Both the position numbers and the translations under genes were made by a program. From the IMG/VR virus record IMGVR_UViG_3300016476_001599, positions 1 to 64,000 of that record: 64,000 bases of DNA, one strand, 5' to 3'. Source of the DNA: a virus. The stretch's first letter is position 1. Each line of letters starts with the position of its first letter. Of this stretch, positions 58,979 to 64,000 are shown in pieces. The notes beneath the pieces are model-generated. The model had not been told where the DNA came from. It worked only from the letters and a program-made list of their open reading frames with translations, and did not search any database.

Positions 58979-59506
58979 ATGCGATTCAAGAAAGCGTTGA
59001 TTGAGATCACTCACGATGAGGGATATGCGGATGATTTGATAATGCACATCAACCACGCCCTCAGCGGTAAAGACATGCGAGCTGAAAGAGTTGTGAAGCA
59101 AGTCGAAACAAACAGCAAGGCTGAAGGAATCCCAGATGGCTGGGAATTTGTGAGAGTTGGCAAGTGCTATCCTGGAGATGTGAGGGTTAACACCGGCGGC
59201 AAGCCTGCCGAGTGGGACTGGACTGCAAGCACAAGTGTCAACCACGTCGTCATTCGCAAGATCGAGAAGCCCAAGCAGTATCGACCGTTTTCGAATGCGG
59301 CGGAAGCTGGAGAACTCTGGAATGCGGTGCTGAAGCTTAAATATCCAACAGAAGGAGAAGAGGCTTCGAGGTTTAGAGTGGTTCGGATTACGGAAAAATC
59401 GGTTACCGTCGGTGCCAACAGTTACACTTACCCAAAGGCTTTCGAGCTTTTTGAGTGCGTCGACGGCATCCCGTTCGGCGTTGAAATAACAAAGATTCAG
59501 GCATAA
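58979..59506 (+). CDS. Hypothetical protein
   Basis: IPDGWE...IRKIE module, YRPF...DGIPFG. Confidence 0.6.
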   Translation: MRFKKALIEITHDEGYADDLIMHINHALSGKDMRAERVVKQVETNSKAEGIPDGWEFVRVGKCYPGDVRVNTGGKPAEWDWTASTSVNHVVIRKIEKPKQYRPFSNAAEAGELWNAVLKLKYPTEGEEASRFRVVRITEKSVTVGANSYTYPKAFELFECVDGIPFGVEITKIQA

Positions 59507-59554
59507 GTCGTGCTGCATCCGCAATTTATTTGAACTTAACTGAAAGAGCAAAAC

Positions 59555-59947
59555 ATGGGAATGGGATACGCCGCCTGCCAGGCCGAAGCTTTTGAATACG
59601 CAACCGTTAAAACGCTTTGCCCGCAAGAAATAGCTGCGATTGAAAGTCACGCTGAATTTGAAAGCTGGGGCAAACTCGCTGAAAGCCTGTTTGACGAAAC
59701 CGCGGAAAAGCAAATAAGCCTTCTTGTCGGAAACCTGCTTGCAGCCTTTAACAAAGCTACCGAAGTCGACGGTAAAGGGCTTACGTTGTCTTTCACCCAC
59801 TACAGCAAAGATAACGGCGACCGTTACGATACGACTTGCTCACACGAAGGCTGCATTTTTGAAGTTCACGGCACAATGCAGCTAACACCTGCCGGAGAAA
59901 AATTCAAAGACAAAACACAAAACGTTTCGTACGTTGTGTTTATGTAA
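59555..59947 (+). CDS. Hypothetical protein
   Basis: 130-aa ORF. Confidence 0.55.
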   Translation: MGMGYAACQAEAFEYATVKTLCPQEIAAIESHAEFESWGKLAESLFDETAEKQISLLVGNLLAAFNKATEVDGKGLTLSFTHYSKDNGDRYDTTCSHEGCIFEVHGTMQLTPAGEKFKDKTQNVSYVVFM

Positions 59948-59967
59948 TTTCTATCCTAGGGACAAAG

Positions 59968-60264
59968 ATGAAACACGAAAAAATTATACGACGCGACGAC
60001 GGAAGTCACGTCAAAATAGAAGTGCACTTGAATCTCGCTTTTTATTCCGACAACGTGGAATGGCGTTTTGCAACTTACAAGCGTGAAAAAGGCAAAAGAA
60101 CTTGGCAAACAGCTGCCGATCCGTTTGCGTACGATCTACGCGGTCTCGCAGCTAAAGACAAAAAGGCTCGCGAGCTTCACTTGAAATTACAGCTGGCAAC
60201 CAAAGAAGAAGTTGAGGCTGTGATGCTCGAGCTGTTGGCTAAAATCAAACCAGTAGTATCCTAG
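59968..60264 (+). CDS. Hypothetical protein
   Basis: 98-aa ORF. Confidence 0.55.
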   Translation: MKHEKIIRRDDGSHVKIEVHLNLAFYSDNVEWRFATYKREKGKRTWQTAADPFAYDLRGLAAKDKKARELHLKLQLATKEEVEAVMLELLAKIKPVVS

Positions 60265-60272
60265 GAGCAAAA

Positions 60273-60518
60273 ATGAATAGCTTTTTCAAAGATCTTGGAG
60301 TGCAGATTATCCTCACGGGCTGTTTTCTTGCGGTAATGGCGTTCGGCTTCGGCTTTTGGGTCAGTTTTAAAAACAACGAAAGGTGGACGGTCTATGCTGA
60401 CGGCCAAACCTTTGAATCGCTCAAGCAAGTCACATTAACCTCCAACTACGTCGAATACGTTACACCTGATAACAAACGCATTATTTTTCACGGATCATTC
60501 ACTGCGGTAAGCGAGTGA
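60273..60518 (+). CDS. Small membrane protein
   Basis: RBS aggag; N-terminal TM. Confidence 0.55.
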   Translation: MNSFFKDLGVQIILTGCFLAVMAFGFGFWVSFKNNERWTVYADGQTFESLKQVTLTSNYVEYVTPDNKRIIFHGSFTAVSE

Positions 60519-60548
60519 TCGAGTTCAAAAAGACAGCAAGGGACACAC

Positions 60549-60896
60549 ATGAAAGTAAAAGGCGGGCCTGCTTCCCGTAAAAAGCAATCGCAACAGGTCC
60601 AGGTTCCGGATGTGCTCGATAGCTCTTTGGCTAACACGCAGCTGACATTGCGAACACAGAACACGCTAGAGAAACACGGTATATGCACTATTCGCGATCT
60701 GACCGCAAAAACGGTCGCGGACCTGATGAGCATTCCCAACTTGGGGCAAATCACGATTCAGACCTTGCGAGTGTTTTTAGACAGCCTACGCGTTGCGCAC
60801 CGGTTGAACGAAAGCGACGAGGTTCAAATACAGACCGCTAAAAAGCGATTAGACGCACAGAAGCGGAAAACCGCCCCGGTGCAGACCAAGCAGTAA
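60549..60896 (+). CDS. Stand-alone RNA polymerase alpha-CTD-like protein
   Basis: LTLRTQNTLEKHGICTIRDL...DLMSIPNLG matches the alpha-CTD consensus LSVRxxNxL...I.DL...L..PNLG. Confidence 0.8.
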   Translation: MKVKGGPASRKKQSQQVQVPDVLDSSLANTQLTLRTQNTLEKHGICTIRDLTAKTVADLMSIPNLGQITIQTLRVFLDSLRVAHRLNESDEVQIQTAKKRLDAQKRKTAPVQTKQ

Positions 60897-60938
60897 AAAC
60901 GCTTCCAGCGGGCTCTCAGGGGCCCGGAAAGGTACGTC

Positions 60939-61238
60939 ATGAGGGTCAATGACGAGGTAAAGCAGATGGTAATTCAATCCCGTAAAAAGGGACATCTGCC
61001 ATCGATGTTCAGGCCGGACTACTACGTCAACGATTTAGAGTTCAAGTTTGAGCGGTGGCTATACAGCCAAGGGTTCCGCCCTGGCGACGAGCACATGCTA
61101 GGAAGAACCGTAAAGGTGCCTTTGTTATCGCCGCAGTTGGTAAATCAATACGTAAGCCATGTCAGCAACGAGGACTGGCCGCAGATCTGCGTGTTCGCCA
61201 GCCGATTAGTGAATCTTCAAAGGCTAGAGCAGAATTAA
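60939..61238 (+). CDS. Hypothetical protein
   Basis: 99-aa ORF. Confidence 0.5.
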   Translation: MRVNDEVKQMVIQSRKKGHLPSMFRPDYYVNDLEFKFERWLYSQGFRPGDEHMLGRTVKVPLLSPQLVNQYVSHVSNEDWPQICVFASRLVNLQRLEQN

Positions 61239-61251
61239 CGCAGCTTTTTCG

Positions 61252-61547
61252 GCAATGTGCGCTTATCCATATTTTCATTATCCTAACGGATAAATGAAAA
61301 CCGCGATTGCATTCATATAGGCGTTCTGCTGTGTCGTGCTGTCGTTTAAGCAACAGCCGCAGCTTCTACCATGGTCAATAAAGAACGCTACCGCCTGTAA
61401 AGCCTATTTGGGCTAAAGGCAGCTACTTAAAGATGTGTTTCTTATGCCACAAGAAAGGATATAAATAATAATAATAATCGGAACTACTCGGTTTTTTGGT
61501 TTCTATTATCCGTTAGGATAATGGAAATATGGATAAAAGTACATTGC
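61252..61547. repeat. 42-bp imperfect inverted repeat (61252-61293 / 61506-61547) around an AT-rich core; candidate origin
   Basis: 38/42 identity by manual alignment; multiple TTATCC motifs; (AAT)n tract. Confidence 0.8.
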
Positions 61548-61600
61548 AGGATTCGTCCTGCTAATTCCGGAGGGAGGTCAGCATTAAAGCTACTGGAAAG

Positions 61601-62503
61601 TTGCCCGGTTATTGCAAAACAATCAAATACCAACCGTCTAGGTCTTGTTTACCCTACCGGTTGCTTTCTTCTTGTGTGCTGCACTTGAATCGAAATCGAA
61701 AAGCTTTTCACCGCGTTCTAATGCTTCAGTACCGTTATCGATTGCAGCTTAAGTCTTACGTTGCTGCGTTGAACGGTCGTCGCAAGCATGTTCAGCGTAA
61801 AGCCGATGAACTGGGTGTAGTGCTGTCTTCGATTGACTCCACGGATTTCAACGGTGAGTTTCTTAAACTGGTGCGGCAGTGCAATTGCCCTGCTCCTGGT
61901 TGCAGCTACACACCTTCGCCGCTGTTTCACTGCGGAAACCCTAAAACTTGCCCGTTTTGTTTTGTTCGACTGCGATTAATCCCAGTTTACGAGGGTGTTA
62001 TGTCGCTCGGCGAATCTGTTTTAGCTAATTCGATGCTGATCGGCTGGTCGCGTAAGTGTTCCTTCAAAGATGGCTTACCGTTCTTTTCCCGTAGAACGGG
62101 TCCGCACGGGTGGACGAAAGCCGCTTTTAGTGTGCAAGTTGCAGTGCCTTTTTACGAACGCAAACTGCTGGCGGAACCCGAGGAGGTTCGCGGTCGGATT
62201 AAAAGGTTTGAGTACCTTCCGGTGATTTTCCACGTTGGACTGCACGTGGTTCCGGCGGATGGTAATGGGCTGGATGTCTTCCGTAAAAAGCGGGAGGCGT
62301 TAAAACTAACGTCGGTGCCTTACGCTTCGTTGGTTGGTTTGAGTCCGGAAGAGCGTGAGGCCCGTTTGCTCTCCGTTATGCAACAGCTTTTTGCGTTCCG
62401 CTGGGAACCGTTTTTCACTCCGGACGCGAAGCTTGTTTTTCGGACGGTTCACGATTGTTTTAGGGAGCAGAATTTAATTCGTTTTCAAAAGAGGAAAGAC
62501 TGA
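61601..62503 (+). CDS. Cys-cluster protein; true start probably internal
   Basis: CNCP..C...HCGNPKTCPFC. Confidence 0.55.
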   Translation: MPGYCKTIKYQPSRSCLPYRLLSSCVLHLNRNRKAFHRVLMLQYRYRLQLKSYVAALNGRRKHVQRKADELGVVLSSIDSTDFNGEFLKLVRQCNCPAPGCSYTPSPLFHCGNPKTCPFCFVRLRLIPVYEGVMSLGESVLANSMLIGWSRKCSFKDGLPFFSRRTGPHGWTKAAFSVQVAVPFYERKLLAEPEEVRGRIKRFEYLPVIFHVGLHVVPADGNGLDVFRKKREALKLTSVPYASLVGLSPEEREARLLSVMQQLFAFRWEPFFTPDAKLVFRTVHDCFREQNLIRFQKRKD

Positions 62504-64000
62504 TGTCAGAAAGAAACCGTAAAATTGCTGAGCATTTAAAAGCTCTCGCTTTGCTAATTGAAAGCGATTCCGTGTCGCAAACCTGTGCGCAATCGCTTCC
62601 AATCCCTGAAGGGTGGCGAGAGCTAAAGCCGTACGAAGTGCCCGAGGCAACCGATATGTTTGAGAGACTGGGCGGTTGGCATGCGAAAAAATATGTCGGC
62701 AGTTCCGAATACAAATGGTACGGCGTTCGCCACATTCGAAAGATCAAAACTGCCAACCCTTCGGAAACTCCGAATAGCCCGAAGTGGATTCCCAAGGTGG
62801 GCGATAAGGTGCGGGTGAACAAGCCAAGCAGGAGAGTTCACGGTAAGGTCGGTGTCGTTGTCAAGGACGATTCTCGCGAGTATGCGGTTAGGATTGACGG
62901 CGAAGATTTCACATCGTATAGCCTAGAAGCCCAATACCTTGAACTCATCGCGGCGGCACCACCCGCCGACCATATTGCCGACGCCGACAAAATGGTACCG
63001 CCAACGGGTTACCGGTTGCTCGACAAGTCGGCAAAGGTCGAACCGCGAAAAGCTGGAGATTTGTTTTGGTCTTTAACGCTCGGGGACTGGAAAATCTTGT
63101 CTGACGAGGGCGAACAGGACGCAAACCGAGACGACTGGCCAGCATGTCGAAAGATCGAAACTGCCAACCCTCCGGAAACTCCGGACAGTTCGATCCCTGA
63201 TCCTGGGCCGGGCTATCGATTGTTGAGCAAAGATCCGCCGGAGCGGGTTGTTAAGGGTGATGAGTTTTTTGATGGTTGCAAGTGGCTCGGGTCTGGAGTC
63301 TGGGTGCATGAAGGCGGGCCACAAGGGTCGTTCTACTACCGCCGCAAGATCGAGGAGCCAGCCAAGGAGCAAGAAACTCAGTACCGAGAGCCGACATACG
63401 CTGACCTTGCAAACGGGCCGATTGAGGTTGAGGTATGCGATAACAAAACAAACGAATTGAACTGGGTCAAAAGAGCACTGTACGCAGTGCTCCCAAGCAA
63501 GTGCAGATTTCGTTACGTTGTCGGTTCTTCCAGAGGTGATGGATTCACGGAACACTACAAGTACGCTCGCATCGAGGTAGAGACTGCCAACTCTTCGGAA
63601 ACTTCGAATAGTTCGCTGCCGTTTGCCGAACTGGTAAAGGGTTTGTCGCAAGCAATGCAGCGAGATCAGGATCTCGCATGGACTTGGCATTGCAACATAG
63701 CGACGGCATCGTGCGACGAAGGTGCTTGCCCTTCTGCGGCAAATCTTGCCGCCGCACGATTTATGCGTATTGCGTTCGGCGTCGATGTAACAACCTTTGA
63801 CCAATGGAAGTCGGCTGAATGGCTGAGTTCGCAGCCGCTTGCTATACCGGATGGGTGGAGGGAGTTGGAGCCGCACGATTTCCCAAGGCGAAGCGATATG
63901 CGTGAAGTTGACGGTTCTTGGGAGTACAACAACACTGATTCGGATGCAGAGTACAAGTATTGGAAAATTCGCGTAATTCGCAAGATCGAACAGTGGCCGG
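62503..64000 (+). CDS. Mosaic multi-module protein (3'-truncated; absent from ORF track)
   Basis: ATG overlapping upstream TGA; manually translated open to window end; repeated TAN(P/S)xET linkers and IPxGW..RKI modules. Confidence 0.85.
   Translation, partial: MSERNRKIAEHLKALALLIESDSVSQTCAQSLPIPEGWRELKPYEVPEATDMFERLGGWHAKKYVGSSEYKWYGVRHIRKIKTANPSETPNSPKWIPKVGDKVRVNKPSRRVHGKVGVVVKDDSREYAVRIDGEDFTSYSLEAQYLELIAAAPPADHIADADKMVPPTGYRLLDKSAKVEPRKAGDLFWSLTLGDWKILSDEGEQDANRDDWPACRKIETANPPETPDSSIPDPGPGYRLLSKDPPERVVKGDEFFDGCKWLGSGVWVHEGGPQGSFYYRRKIEEPAKEQETQYREPTYADLANGPIEVEVCDNKTNELNWVKRALYAVLPSKCRFRYVVGSSRGDGFTEHYKYARIEVETANSSETSNSSLPFAELVKGLSQAMQRDQDLAWTWHCNIATASCDEGACPSAANLAAARFMRIAFGVDVTTFDQWKSAEWLSSQPLAIPDGWRELEPHDFPRRSDMREVDGSWEYNNTDSDAEYKYWKIRVIRKIEQWP

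Noticed and set aside
58958-59800. 280-aa minus-strand ORF
   Set aside because: Antisense to two + strand genes in a co-oriented operon; no motifs.
63073-63983. Minus-strand ORFs of 267 and 105 aa
   Set aside because: Antisense to the long + strand ORF starting at 62503, which has coupling and recognisable modules.
1-64000. Stop-codon reassignment
   Set aside because: Genes tile densely under the standard bacterial code and TAA, TAG and TGA all end genes at tight junctions.

Overview
A ~50% GC segment of a large tailed-phage genome (myovirus-like; baseplate J-like gene). A Planctomycetota host is inferred, unconfirmed, from a DUF1257/DUF2997/Ycf46-like AAA/DUF3150-like cluster, CsrA-like and stand-alone RNAP alpha-CTD genes, and Cys-rich signal-peptide proteins. 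Positions 1-24 kb form a structural block: a sigma factor, baseplate genes, an embedded protease/lipoprotein cassette (MMP-like matrixin and papain-like protease), five paralogous Cys-rich tail proteins, a collagen-like fibre and glycosyltransferases. Positions 24-64 kb hold mostly accessory genes, plus the terminase large subunit, a Zn-finger primase-like gene, RNase H, dCTP deaminase, a GHKL ATPase, pentapeptide-repeat paralogs and a tRNA(CAT). The most unusual signals are non-coding: (i) six tRNA-shaped elements at 29.4-31.2 kb sharing acceptor stem and T-arm but with different cargo in place of the anticodon arm, near a CsrA-like gene; (ii) an ~800-nt ORF-free, densely helical region at 24.06-24.87 kb that looks like a large structured ncRNA; (iii) a 42-bp inverted repeat around an AT-rich core at 61.25-61.55 kb; (iv) several conserved gene- and domain-junction repeats suggesting cassette shuffling. 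All family assignments are from motif recognition by eye; no searches were run.
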